DNA of 64,000 nt from Flavobacteriales bacterium (lineage in GTDB: Bacteria > Bacteroidota > Bacteroidia > Palsa-965), in NCBI GenBank assembly GCA_040377305.1, contig JBEIPA010000003.1, positions 1 to 64,000 of the forward strand, read 5' to 3'. Below, one piece after another: positions 1 to 10,274 of the stretch. Positions within the stretch are counted from its first letter, which is position 1; the number at the start of each line of letters is the position of its first letter. The position numbers were made by a program, and so were the translations under genes. The notes beneath the pieces are model-generated. The model was given only the letters and a program-made list of their open reading frames with translations, had not been told where the DNA came from and ran no database searches.

Positions 1-3000
1 CACCGGCGTTGCAGCCATTGTTGTTGTGATTGCTGGTGGTTGCGTCACAGACACAGTTGATTGAGTTGTACATCCGTTTGCATCTGTCACAGTAATCGAC
101 CACGTTCCCGCAGTAAGTCCTGTTACGTTTGCTGTGCCGTCCCCAGTTGGGTTACCCGGAGTCCAGTTGTATGTGTTGCCACCTGCGCCGCCTGTTGTTG
201 CAACCGATGCAGTTCCTGTTGATCCTCCGTTACACAACACTGGTGTTGCAACTGCGGTGGAAGTGAATGCGGGAGGTTGCGTTAATGTTGCAGTAGCAGT
301 TGCGATACATCCGTTGGCATCAGTTATAGTACAAGTCCACGAACCTGCAGTCAAACCGGTGATTGTAGGAGTACCGTCGCCTGTTGGATTACCTGGCGTC
401 CAGTTATAAGTATACGGGCCGGTTCCACCAGAAGCACTCACAGTCGCAGAACCATTCGCTCCGCCGAAGCAGAGAACGTTCGTTGAGGCTGTGATTGTTG
501 CAGTTGGTGATCCGGCATTTGTGATTGTAATGGTGCGTGTGATTGTACACCCATTTGCATCTGTTACAACAACGACATAAGATCCCGCACCGAGCCCTGT
601 TGGATTCGGTCCGCTTCCTGATGGAGTCCATGCGTATGTGTACGGACCAACACCACCTGTTACTGTAATCGATGCAGCGCCGTTCAGGTTACCACATGTT
701 GCTGGTGTTGATGAAGTTGTTGCGTTTAATGCAGGAGGTGCAGTGATGTTGAAGGTTCGTGTTGTTGTACAACCACCCGGATTTGATGTTACAGTTACAG
801 TATACACTCCGGCACACAATCCTGTAGCGGAAGAACCTGTTCCTCCCGAAGGGGCCCACGCGTATGTATATACCCCGGGACCTCCCGACGCAGTTACGCT
901 GGCAGCACCAGTACAAGAACCACTACACAAAATATTGGTTTGTGATCCGGTTGTTGTAAGTGCAGGCGGTTGTGTAATGCTGAAAGTTTGCGTTGCAGTA
1001 CATCCACCAGGATTTGATGTTACCGTAACTGTGTATGTGCCGAAACACAATCCAGTTGCAGTTGCACCTGTTCCACCAGATGGAGCCCACGAATACGTGT
1101 AAGCACCAGGTCCGCCACTTGCAGCAACGGAGGCCGAACCATTACACAAAGCGTTACACGTAACGTTTGTTTGTGTTGGCGTCAACGTAATTGCTGGTGG
1201 TGCAGTAATGCTAAAAGTTCTTGTGATTGTACATCCCGCTGGACCGGATGTAATAACACAGGTATATGTTCCAGCACACAAACCTGTTGCAGTTGCACCG
1301 GTTCCACCCGAAGGCGACCACGCGTATGTGTAAGTTCCTGTTCCACCGGAGGCGACGACTGAAGCGCTTCCGTTACATAAACCGTTACAGGTAATGTTTA
1401 CTTGCGATTGTGTTGCGTTGATTACAGGAACTTGTGTAATGTTGAATACTTGTGTCGCGGTACATCCCGCAGGTGATGAAACGGTGCATGTGTAAGTTGC
1501 GGCACAAAGTCCGGTAGCATTCGCAGTGCCTTGGCCAGCCCCAGGAGCAGGACTCCAGTTATAACTATATGTACCGTTTCCTCCGGTTGCAACTACAGAT
1601 GCACTTCCTGTACACTGTCCGTTACACAAAATATTAGTTTGTGTCGGGGTGAGCGTTATCGCAGGCGGTTGTGTAATTGTTACTGTTCTTGTTCCTGTAC
1701 ATCCGCTCGCATCAGTTACGGTGATGGTATAAGTTCCTGCACACAATCCAGTTCCGGTATTCGTTGCACCAACCGTTGAGTTTGTTGCAGCAGGACTCCA
1801 CGTGAATGTGTAAGGAGCTGTACCACCGGAAACTGTATTGACAATACTTCCATTACATGAACCGAAACAGTTGGCGTTGGTAACTGCACCAGCCATTGTC
1901 AAACTTCCTCCCGACGTAGTGATATTGAAAGTTTGCGTCTGTACTACACAACTTCCGGTGATCGTGACGGTGTAAATACCTGGACATAATCCGGTAGCAG
2001 TAGGACCCGTTCCTCCCGAGGGAGCCCAACTATACGTGTAACTTCCAACAGGGGAAACAGAGACGGATGCAGAACCGTTACAGTTGGAACATGTTGCAGG
2101 AGTCGAAGAAGGTGTGATTGTTAAAGCTGATGAAGTAGGACATGTCGTACAGGTAGTTGTTCGGAAATACAACCCGGCAATACACAAGTTGAAGCAGTCA
2201 CCGCCCGTATTAACGTTGAAGTTCCCAGACGTACCTGCACCATTCGCAATTGTTGAATTGACCTGTTCAAAGTTCCACCAATTCCACGTGAGCGGAACGG
2301 CAGTACCGTTTGCAGTCCATGAAGTAGGGTTGAACTGAATATCACCAACACCGAAGAATGCACGGCAGTTATTTGTGTTACCGCAAACTGCAGGTGCCAA
2401 AGGAATCTGATAATTCGCTACTCCGCCATTCACTACAATTGCACCATCGGAAATTACCAGACGACCCGCCCATGGTTGAGTCGGTAAACTCCAAATAACA
2501 ATCAGCGTAGCACCGTCCATGTCGTTTCCTGAAGTAGGCGGATTGGTAAGGATTCCACTGATGTTGTAAATACCGTTTCCACTAACGCATGAAGTAACAT
2601 CGGCCCGGTAAGTGTAAGTACCCGAATATCCCCAGCATTTATCCACACCGCTTCCCACCACGGTCATTGGATAGTTGAATGAAGCAGCAGCAGGATTTAC
2701 AATCGTTGCTGTTTGTGCCGCGCCATTTCCTGAACCTTCCGCCCACAGATACGCACGTTCAATAACTGCGCAAGCGGGAATTCCGGTGATGCTGAACGGC
2801 GCAGGCTGATTTACCCCGGCAGGAGTAAAACGTTTACCCATGCGTTGGGTTGCGGTTGCATAATCGAGACCGCACTTCTGCATGTCGAAGATTACGCCAA
2901 GTGTCCCGTTACCGTTTTGCGGTGTTGGATTTGGATTCCCGGAATGCTGAGTTGCGTTGTACCCGCATGCACCCAGAACGCCAGTTGTTCTGCTTGGATC

Positions 3001-3087
3001 AGAAGGAGCTTGTTGTACCTGCGCAAAAAGAGCAGTAGTAGGAAAAAATAGAGCACAGAAAATGAAATGACGTAGGGAGTGTTTCAT
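1..3087 (-). CDS. Large secreted SprB-repeat adhesin-like protein, 3' end outside the window; paralogue of the neighbouring gene, probably T9SS cargo
   Basis: Not in the ORF track. Manual translation from ATG 3087 gives MKHSLRHFIFCALFFPTTALFAQ (signal peptide), then a Cys-containing N-domain (CGLDY...DKCWGYSGTYTYRADVT), then about 9 SprB-type repeats (GSASV...YTYSWAPSGGTG...TATGLC.G.YTVT). No stop seen in the parts of the frame I checked. Confidence 0.88.
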   Translation of the reverse strand, partial: MKHSLRHFIFCALFFPTTALFAQVQQAPSDPSRTTGVLGACGYNATQHSGNPNPTPQNGNGTLGVIFDMQKCGLDYATATQRMGKRFTPAGVNQPAPFSITGIPACAVIERAYLWAEGSGNGAAQTATIVNPAAASFNYPMTVVGSGVDKCWGYSGTYTYRADVTSCVSGNGIYNISGILTNPPTSGNDMDGATLIVIWSLPTQPWAGRLVISDGAIVVNGGVANYQIPLAPAVCGNTNNCRAFFGVGDIQFNPTSWTANGTAVPLTWNWWNFEQVNSTIANGAGTSGNFNVNTGGDCFNLCIAGLYFRTTTCTTCPTSSALTITPSSTPATCSNCNGSASVSVSPVGSYTYSWAPSGGTGPTATGLCPGIYTVTITGSCVVQTQTFNITTSGGSLTMAGAVTNANCFGSCNGSIVNTVSGGTAPYTFTWSPAATNSTVGATNTGTGLCAGTYTITVTDASGCTGTRTVTITQPPAITLTPTQTNILCNGQCTGSASVVATGGNGTYSYNWSPAPGAGQGTANATGLCAATYTCTVSSPAGCTATQVFNITQVPVINATQSQVNITCNGLCNGSASVVASGGTGTYTYAWSPSGGTGATATGLCAGTYTCVITSGPAGCTITRTFSITAPPAITLTPTQTNVTCNALCNGSASVAASGGPGAYTYSWAPSGGTGATATGLCFGTYTVTVTSNPGGCTATQTFSITQPPALTTTGSQTNILCSGSCTGAASVTASGGPGVYTYAWAPSGGTGSSATGLCAGVYTVTVTSNPGGCTTTRTFNITAPPALNATTSSTPATCGNLNGAASITVTGGVGPYTYAWTPSGSGPNPTGLGAGSYVVVVTDANGCTITRTITITNAGSPTATITASTNVLCFGGANGSATVSASGGTGPYTYNWTPGNPTGDGTPTITGLTAGSWTCTITDANGCIATATATLTQPPAFTSTAVATPVLCNGGSTGTASVATTGGAGGNTYNWTPGNPTGDGTANVTGLTAGTWSITVTDANGCTTQSTVSVTQPPAITTTMAATPV

Positions 3088-3200
3088 TTCGATACAGTTT
3101 TTTAGTGGGTGTGACTTCGGTGGAAAGTCACTGGTGTTTGCATCGCTAATATATGAAAAACAGCCTGATTACCAAATGTTTTATATCAACAGGTGTGAAT

Positions 3201-3229
3201 AAAAACGGCGGATCCAATGACCCGCCGTT
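3201..3229 (-). terminator. Intrinsic terminator after the 3256-5679 gene
   Basis: AACGGCGG/CCGCCGTT stem followed by a T-run on the minus strand. Confidence 0.65.
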
Positions 3230-3255
3230 GTAAATTATGAAATGGTTGTTTTCGC

Positions 3256-5679
3256 TTAGCGAATCAGGTTCACGTGACCGATCATCCGGTGGTAGAAACC
3301 TGTGTAAAGCTCGGTATAGGTAATTCGCCAAACATAGGTATCGATCTGGCAGATATTTGTGTGACCCTGAACACGCCCGTCCCAGCCTTTGTAAATATCA
3401 TTTGATTCAAAAATCAGGTTGCCCCAGCGATCGAATACCATCATGTGGAAATCCTGTACGTATTCACCGTAAGCAAAGAAAATATCGTTCTTGCCATCTC
3501 CATTCGGTGTGAACGTATTCGGGACATAAATTGTGGCTTCCGGTACAATGATCACTACGTTTTCTGTCGTGTCGGCACAACCGTATTGGTTTACGGTAAT
3601 GAGAGACACGTAGTAAGTACCGGTGTCATCATACATATTTGCGACATCACCGCATGTAAGATCTGTCAGGACTTGAGTGTCACCAAAATCCCAATGACAA
3701 GTATCGCCACCGGTGCTTAGATTATGAAAAGCAACATTGGCCTCTTCCATGGTTGTTGGCATCGGCGTGAGAATCGTAAATGCCGCAACGGGATCAGGGA
3801 ACACGGTGATGTAAGCCATTGAGGTTGTTGTATTCACGCAACCATTAATGTCAACTACATCAAGTGTAACGTTGTACGTTCCCGGATTTATGTAACAATG
3901 GTTCGGTAATCCTAAATTACTGGTGTCACCATCGCCAAACTGCCAGAAACAAGTTGCAATTGCGGGATTCGATTGAGGCGTGAAATTCACACATACCGGA
4001 GAACAACCGTTCAAATCATCACCTGACAATGAAATCGTCGGAGTAGGATTCACAGTAACTGTTACTAATCCACTATCGACCTGATTACCGCAGGCGTCAC
4101 CAACAATACACGTGTAGGTTGTAGTAACTGATGGATTAACTGTAATCGAGTTTGTATTTCCCGGACCATTTACCCAGTTGTAATTGTATGGAGGAGCACC
4201 CCCGGATGGATTCACACTAATCGTTGTGCTTGCACCAATACAAATTGAAGGTGGAGTTGATGGATTGGCACTGATCGGAATCAGCGGAGGTTCTGTGATG
4301 TTGAAGGTGAAAGAATTCGAACAACCATAATCGTCTGTTACGTCAACCGTATAAACTCCTGCAGTAAGAGTTGTTGCACTTCCTGTTGCAGATACGTTGG
4401 GATTCCACGTATAGGTGAAAGGAGCCGTTCCGCCACTTGGAGTGAATGTCGCTGAACCGTTATTACCACCATTGCAAAGGACATTCACCTGTGATGTGGT
4501 AAACGGTAATGATCCGGTTCCCATTACGATTACCGTGTCAACCGTTGTACAACCGGTTCCGTCAGTCACAGTTACAATGTATTGACCAGGAGGCAATCCT
4601 GTTGCCGTTTGTGTATTCTGAACTGGCACAGTATTCCATGCATACGTATAAGGCGGGGTTCCACCATTCGGAATGGCCGTTGCGGTTCCGTTTTGCGCTG
4701 AACACTGACTTGGTGTTTGCGACATCGACAACGTGTAAGGTGCAATGCAGCAAGTTTGACAGTTGGATTGGAAATACAATCCCATTACGCAGAAGTTGTA
4801 ACAATCGCCTGAAGAGTTGACGTCGAATTGGGACGTGCTTTGTCCTGGAGTCACTGTTGTTGCGACATCCACATAGTTCCACCAATCTTCAACCACTGTT
4901 ATTGGAGCCATGCTATTTAGGGTAAGCTGTGCACCCATTCCTTGTAAATCTGCAATAGCCATAAATGCACGTGCATTGCTAACAGTTCCTGCGCACGCGT
5001 TAAAGTTGTTCATTGTTTGCGTAGTTGTACCACCGTTGATAACAACACAACCATCCCAAATAACGATATCGCCCTGGAAATTCTGAGTTGGGTCGCTCCA
5101 GATTACCATCATGGTTGCCCCGTCTACGTCATTCGTTCCCGCAGAGGAAACACTTGTTGGAAAACCGTTGATTGAATATGTTCCGTTGCCAACAATACAT
5201 GCAGTTACGTCGGCGCGATACGTGTGTGTGCCACTGTAGCCCCAGCATTTATCCTGATCGCTACCGATTAACGTCATGGGAAAATTACTTACGCCAGCGA
5301 AAGGGTCCGTAACAGTAAGATTGATTGCAGCGCCATTACCTGAGGCATCGCACCAGACGTATGCTTTAAGGATAGTTGCAGTTGCGGGAATACCGGCGAT
5401 TGCAAACGGAGCTGGTTGCGCAACTCCCGGAGGAGAAATACGCTGCCCTATTTTCTGCGATACCGCAGTGTAGTTGAGTCCGCAAGCACTTGCAGAATAA
5501 GTAGGACCGAGAAAGGTACTACCATCCAATGGCGTCTGTGGGTCGCCGATACGAGCAGTGCTTTGTGTCGCAACAGGATTGTGCCCATTCTCCGGTGTAG
5601 ATCCTTGTTGAGCGGATACCCCAGTAGAAAGAAGTCCAATAAATATTGCGGCTAAATAGTGTAGAGTAGTGTTAGCCAT
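3256..5679 (-). CDS. T9SS type B (gliding motility-associated) C-terminal domain protein with SprB repeats and PKD domains
   Basis: Signal peptide from ATG 5679; SprB repeats; PKD motifs (WQFGDG, WDFGD); C-terminal IYVPNTFTPNGDGKND...VFDRWG...WDG...GHVNLIR. Confidence 0.92.
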   Translation of the reverse strand: MANTTLHYLAAIFIGLLSTGVSAQQGSTPENGHNPVATQSTARIGDPQTPLDGSTFLGPTYSASACGLNYTAVSQKIGQRISPPGVAQPAPFAIAGIPATATILKAYVWCDASGNGAAINLTVTDPFAGVSNFPMTLIGSDQDKCWGYSGTHTYRADVTACIVGNGTYSINGFPTSVSSAGTNDVDGATMMVIWSDPTQNFQGDIVIWDGCVVINGGTTTQTMNNFNACAGTVSNARAFMAIADLQGMGAQLTLNSMAPITVVEDWWNYVDVATTVTPGQSTSQFDVNSSGDCYNFCVMGLYFQSNCQTCCIAPYTLSMSQTPSQCSAQNGTATAIPNGGTPPYTYAWNTVPVQNTQTATGLPPGQYIVTVTDGTGCTTVDTVIVMGTGSLPFTTSQVNVLCNGGNNGSATFTPSGGTAPFTYTWNPNVSATGSATTLTAGVYTVDVTDDYGCSNSFTFNITEPPLIPISANPSTPPSICIGASTTISVNPSGGAPPYNYNWVNGPGNTNSITVNPSVTTTYTCIVGDACGNQVDSGLVTVTVNPTPTISLSGDDLNGCSPVCVNFTPQSNPAIATCFWQFGDGDTSNLGLPNHCYINPGTYNVTLDVVDINGCVNTTTSMAYITVFPDPVAAFTILTPMPTTMEEANVAFHNLSTGGDTCHWDFGDTQVLTDLTCGDVANMYDDTGTYYVSLITVNQYGCADTTENVVIIVPEATIYVPNTFTPNGDGKNDIFFAYGEYVQDFHMMVFDRWGNLIFESNDIYKGWDGRVQGHTNICQIDTYVWRITYTELYTGFYHRMIGHVNLIR

Positions 5680-5694
5680 GTGTTTACCTAAACA

Positions 5695-5702
5695 CAAAGC
5701 TA
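5695..5702 (-). promoter_or_regulatory. Bacteroidota -7 promoter box (TAGCTTTG)
   Basis: Matches TAnnTTTG about 15 nt upstream of ATG 5679. Confidence 0.55.
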
Positions 5703-5741
5703 TTCAAATTGGTCGAAAAAGCAATACGTTTCATCGAGGAA

Positions 5742-7496
5742 TTACCTCATTTTCTGCATCAAATCAGCGGTTCTGACAATAAGTACGTGAACAGCGGCTG
5801 TATCGGCTGCTGAAATCGTATATCGTTTCAGCATGAGATCTTCGTATTGCTCGATGATGGCATCGATGAACTGCGGATCTTTTTTCGCCATCCGCAACTT
5901 ATAACGCAATGAGTTTACTGAGATTTCTTCGCGGCGCATTTTTGCATAACCGGTGATGCGTATCACCAAAGCTTCATATAAGTTGTTTACAGCAGGAACA
6001 ACCATTCCAGTTTGCAGATATTGTCCTGCACCATGTACAAGTGCATCTGCCTGCGCTATTGTTGTATCAGGTGGCGGAACATACTCTGCAGTCTCGGCAA
6101 GTTTAGCAAGACGGGCAGCTTCTTTTTCTTCAGCATCTTTCCTGATTCTTTGCTTTCGCTTATAGCGGTAGAATACAAATGCACCAACCGGAATAAGCAA
6201 CAAAGCGATACAGATGAAAATAATGGTTGCCTTGTCTTTCTTCTTTCCTTTCTTCTCGAAGAAAGAATCCGGAAGGTTGTTTACAGAGTCAGGCTTTAGC
6301 GTATCGCCCGGATTGACATGCAGTTTAAAGGAGTCGGACTGAAGCGTGACATATTCTTTTTTCTTCGGATCGAAATATGAAAACGAAATTCCCGAAAGAT
6401 CGAAGTCGCCTTCTTTCTCAGGTATGATTAAATAGCGATACAGTTTTCCTGTTTCAGTTGCTTTGTAATCGTAATCGTCGTAGTAATCGTATTCGTACGT
6501 TGATGAATCCTGAGCAAGAATATTCTGTGCGCGAAATCCTGGGGGAAGAGAAAGCTGCGGTGTCATCATGAACTGGAAGTTTCCTGTTCCGGTGATATAC
6601 ATTGTGAAAGTAACAGGCTCCCAGCATTTGGTTGTGTCTTCAGAAATCTTGCAGGCCATTTTGTACTGACCAACATCTCCGGCGAATCCGGGTAGAGAAT
6701 CATGTTTCGGAAGATCGAGAACAGTAATTGATGTTGGTTCTGATACAAGATCGAAGCTCATGTCATATGAATCCCAGCTATAAACATCTTCGTCGTATTT
6801 CGAGAGGTAACAACTGTACGTGTACTCCGGCATTTTTACTGTGCCGATTGCATTCGGATAGAGATACTCCGTGAAAATTGTGCGGCGGCTAAATCGCTTT
6901 CCGTTGATGTAAACAGTTGTGTCGTTGTTCCGCAAATATTCCGGATCTGTTTCACTCCAAAAACCGCTGTATGATGAAGCGACCGGATAATCACCACTCA
7001 CGGTGTATTCCGGTGCATAGTACAGGTACAAAAACGCCCGAACTTTTTCGCCTGCATACACGGTGCTTTTCGCCGGAATGTAGCGCATGAAGACCATTCC
7101 GTTGCTTACCGGATTGTCTCCTGCATTCACGTGAAGATGTACAGTGTTCGAATAAATTCTTCTTGAACCGGATTGAATCCATGCTGCACCGATTGTATAA
7201 TCACCGGCATTGATTGCCTTCATCGTATACGACTGACGAACGGTAGCTGCTTTCGTAGAAGAATTGTAATTGAATGACTCTGTATGGGAAATGGTGACGA
7301 GTCCAGGAACATCAGGAAGAGTTGCGTAGCTCGAGAAGTTGCTCATTTCTCCTTCGAGATAGACTACAAACTGATCGTCTGACGTAATTGTATCCGTACT
7401 GATTGTTAGGGAGAGCTTCTGAGCCGGCAACACGAATCCGCACAACAGAAAAACTGCTGCGAAACAGAAACGTAGTTGATGCTGAAGCTTTACCAA
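5742..7496 (-). CDS. batD: BatD family protein
   Basis: Signal peptide, repeated BatD Ig-like modules, F.G.VGQY, FSYFDP motif, C-terminal TM; last gene of the bat operon. Confidence 0.82.
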   Translation of the reverse strand: MVKLQHQLRFCFAAVFLLCGFVLPAQKLSLTISTDTITSDDQFVVYLEGEMSNFSSYATLPDVPGLVTISHTESFNYNSSTKAATVRQSYTMKAINAGDYTIGAAWIQSGSRRIYSNTVHLHVNAGDNPVSNGMVFMRYIPAKSTVYAGEKVRAFLYLYYAPEYTVSGDYPVASSYSGFWSETDPEYLRNNDTTVYINGKRFSRRTIFTEYLYPNAIGTVKMPEYTYSCYLSKYDEDVYSWDSYDMSFDLVSEPTSITVLDLPKHDSLPGFAGDVGQYKMACKISEDTTKCWEPVTFTMYITGTGNFQFMMTPQLSLPPGFRAQNILAQDSSTYEYDYYDDYDYKATETGKLYRYLIIPEKEGDFDLSGISFSYFDPKKKEYVTLQSDSFKLHVNPGDTLKPDSVNNLPDSFFEKKGKKKDKATIIFICIALLLIPVGAFVFYRYKRKQRIRKDAEEKEAARLAKLAETAEYVPPPDTTIAQADALVHGAGQYLQTGMVVPAVNNLYEALVIRITGYAKMRREEISVNSLRYKLRMAKKDPQFIDAIIEQYEDLMLKRYTISAADTAAVHVLIVRTADLMQKMR

Positions 7497-8239
7497 TCTT
7501 TATCGCGACTTGGTTTGTAGTAGGAGCCGCTGCCAGTTTGATTCATGTTCTGGCGCGTTTTCTGTTCAGAATCGCGGAGCGCACTCATCACGCGTTTTGC
7601 TTCATCCTGAGACATGCCTTGCTTTTTCGGATCTAATGGTTTTTGTGGCTGGCCATTTTGAGATTGTTGCTGTTGCTGTCCGTTTTGCTGATTGGGATTG
7701 CCATTCGCATCCTGCTGTCCTTGTTGCTGTTGTTGTTGCTGTTGCTGTTGTTGCTGCTGACCCTGACCTTGTCCTTTTTGCTGCTGCTGCTGTTGCTCAT
7801 TCTTCAACTGTTTCTGAGCCATCGCAAGATTGTAACGCGCATCTTCATCATTAGGATCATTGCGCAGTGCTTCTTTGTAGGCTTCGATACTCTGACTGTA
7901 TTTTTTCTGCTGATACATGGAGTTGCCGAGATTCTTCCAACCCCGATTCAGTGTATCCGGATTTTTGGAGTCAAGAGCGTTTGCGTATGCTTTTTCCGCT
8001 TCTGCGTATTTCTCTTGTTCATACAACGCGTTTCCAAGGTTGTAGTTCGATACTGTTTTCAAAGAGTCCGTTTTCAAAGCGTCACGATACTTTTGTTCAG
8101 CTTGCTTGAAATCCTTTTTCTTGAAAAATTCGTTTCCGGAGCGGTTGTTCTTCCACGGATCTTTTGACTTGATTGTATCCTGGGCGGTCAATGCAAATGA
8201 CAGCAGGAACGATACGAAGAATGCTACATATTTTCTCAT
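7490..8239 (-). CDS. batC: BatC TPR protein with Gln-rich linker
   Basis: TPRs (YNLGNALY, NLGNSMYQQK, ALRNDPNDEDARYNL), poly-Q tract, C-terminal KDW. Confidence 0.88.
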   Translation of the reverse strand: MRKYVAFFVSFLLSFALTAQDTIKSKDPWKNNRSGNEFFKKKDFKQAEQKYRDALKTDSLKTVSNYNLGNALYEQEKYAEAEKAYANALDSKNPDTLNRGWKNLGNSMYQQKKYSQSIEAYKEALRNDPNDEDARYNLAMAQKQLKNEQQQQQQKGQGQGQQQQQQQQQQQQQGQQDANGNPNQQNGQQQQQSQNGQPQKPLDPKKQGMSQDEAKRVMSALRDSEQKTRQNMNQTGSGSYYKPSRDKDW

Positions 8240-9255
8240 TTGCCCTGTAGATTTCGTTTACGTTTTCCTTCGGCGAGGAATAATTCCACAACCAAAAGCA
8301 ATATGATTGCCGCAACTACGAAGTAGAATACGGGTGTATAACTTGTTACTTGTTGACTATCACTTGTTGTTGCGCTTAATTCACGCAACTGACCCATGAT
8401 GGTTGTTAAACCCATGTCACTATTGGTTGCGCGGACATAGGTTCCGTTTCCTGCTTCCGCAATTTCCTTGAGCAAACCATCGTCGAGCTTCGTTATAACT
8501 ACGTTACCGTTTTCATCGTGCTTCTCTGTGATGTTACCGTTTTCATCTGCAACCGGAATAGTTGATCCATCCGTCGATCCTATTCCGATTGCACACACAA
8601 TAATTCCTTTTTCTGCAGCACGTTCAGCTGCGGCAATAGCATCGTCTTCGTGGTTTTCACCATCTGTGATGAGGATGATTGCTTTGCCGCGACCATCTTC
8701 GGAATTATTGAAAGCAGTTACCGCCTGGTCAATAGCCATTCCGATTGCTGTACCCTGATAAGAAATCGATTCGGTAGAAATTGAATTGATGATCATTTCA
8801 GCGGCACTGCGATCATCGCACAACGGAAGATTTGTTCTTGGTTCACCAGCGAATATGATTGCACCCAAACGATCACCTTCGAGGTTCGCAAGCAAATCAG
8901 TAAGCGCGAGCTTTGATTTCTCGAGACGATTAGGTTTCAGATCATCAGCAAGCATGCTATTTGAAACGTCGATGGCAACAATGATATCAATGCCGCGCAT
9001 CTTCACTGTTTCCTTTCCGCCGGCAATTTGCGGACCCGCGGCTGCGATACTCAGGAGTACGCAGGCAAGGATGAGGATTCCACCTTTGATCATGCGCAAT
9101 GGTTTGCTTTCGCCGAGAATGAGCCTGCCAACGAATGCAGATTCCGCAAATGTTTTAAGTCGTTCACTGCGTCGATGCATTGAAAACCACATCAGGCCTG
9201 CAGGTACGAGTGCCGCGAGCATGAAAATGAGATATATCGGGTTTTCAAAACTCAT
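8236..9255 (-). CDS. batB: BatB VWA-domain protein
   Basis: N-terminal BatA-type TM, MIDAS DVSNSM, ITDGENHE. Confidence 0.88.
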   Translation of the reverse strand: MSFENPIYLIFMLAALVPAGLMWFSMHRRSERLKTFAESAFVGRLILGESKPLRMIKGGILILACVLLSIAAAGPQIAGGKETVKMRGIDIIVAIDVSNSMLADDLKPNRLEKSKLALTDLLANLEGDRLGAIIFAGEPRTNLPLCDDRSAAEMIINSISTESISYQGTAIGMAIDQAVTAFNNSEDGRGKAIILITDGENHEDDAIAAAERAAEKGIIVCAIGIGSTDGSTIPVADENGNITEKHDENGNVVITKLDDGLLKEIAEAGNGTYVRATNSDMGLTTIMGQLRELSATTSDSQQVTSYTPVFYFVVAAIILLLVVELFLAEGKRKRNLQGK

Positions 9256-10274
9256 GTTACGCTGTCGAATAAGGTGTAACGGAGAATCAATTCAATTCCG
9301 AGCAGGAACGCAACCCAGAAAAGCAGGGGAAGGAATTCTTCTTTACGTGCCTGTGCTTCGTCTTTGTCGTATTCGGTTTTCTCCATGGTGTTGATTTCTT
9401 CGTACACCTGTTGAAGTTGCAAATCGTCAGAAGCCCGGAAATATTTTCCACCTGTTGTTTCTGCCATTTCCATCAACTGCTTTTCGTTGATGTTCGTGGC
9501 CGTGTACTGCATCACATAGCTTCCATCCGGATTCTGCAAGGTTGGAGTAAGCTGACTGCCCGATGCGCCTAATCCGATGATGTATGTGCGGATATTGTAG
9601 GTCTTCGCTAAACGAGCAGCATCTTCCGGTGAAATTACACCGGCGTTATTTTCTCCGTCCGTCAAGAGAATAATTACTTTGCTTTTCGCGGTACTTCCTT
9701 CGAGACGTTCAACCGCTTTTGCTAACCCCATTCCGATCGCAGTTCCATCGAGGAGAAAACCTGTAACGGTGGAGCTAATCAGTGTTGACAGGGCTTCGTG
9801 ATCTGTGGTTAGCGGACAAAGTGTGTATGGCTCACCGCTGAATACAACCATTCCAATGCGATCATCGGCACGTTGACTGACGAATTTTACGGCTTGTGTT
9901 TTTGCGGATTCAATTCTCGTAGTTGTACTGTAATCGCTGCCGAGTGAACCATCCATACTTGTGGAAACGTCCATGCACAACATGATGTCGATTCCGTTTC
10001 CGTGATTTTTTCTCCACGCGAGAGTAGATTGCGGACGCGCGAACGCAATGATGAGTAATGCCAGTGCGGTTAAACGGATAACATATAACACCGGACGGAA
10101 ACGTACACGCATCGGTGTTTTCAGTCCGCTGAAGAATCGCAGCGAAGAAATCTGCATGACAGGACGACCTCTTCCTCCGAAGAAAAACAGGAATACCGCA
10201 ATGACCGGAATTAAAGTCAATCCCCACAGCGCCCATGGAAACGCGAACGAAACATTGTTGAACCAGCCTATCAT
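9252..10274 (-). CDS. batA: BatA VWA-domain protein
   Basis: FARPQ, MIDAS DVSTSM, DGTAIGMGLA, LLTDGENNAG. Confidence 0.9.
   Translation of the reverse strand: MIGWFNNVSFAFPWALWGLTLIPVIAVFLFFFGGRGRPVMQISSLRFFSGLKTPMRVRFRPVLYVIRLTALALLIIAFARPQSTLAWRKNHGNGIDIMLCMDVSTSMDGSLGSDYSTTTRIESAKTQAVKFVSQRADDRIGMVVFSGEPYTLCPLTTDHEALSTLISSTVTGFLLDGTAIGMGLAKAVERLEGSTAKSKVIILLTDGENNAGVISPEDAARLAKTYNIRTYIIGLGASGSQLTPTLQNPDGSYVMQYTATNINEKQLMEMAETTGGKYFRASDDLQLQQVYEEINTMEKTEYDKDEAQARKEEFLPLLFWVAFLLGIELILRYTLFDSVT

Noticed and set aside
134-2363. Several short Val/Pro/Ala-rich ORFs on both strands
   Set aside because: Shadows of the long minus-strand SprB-repeat gene 1-3087
7643-8167. Poly-Leu ORF that looks like a membrane protein
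   Set aside because: Antisense of the CAG/CAA poly-Gln tract of batC; such linkers are usual in BatC
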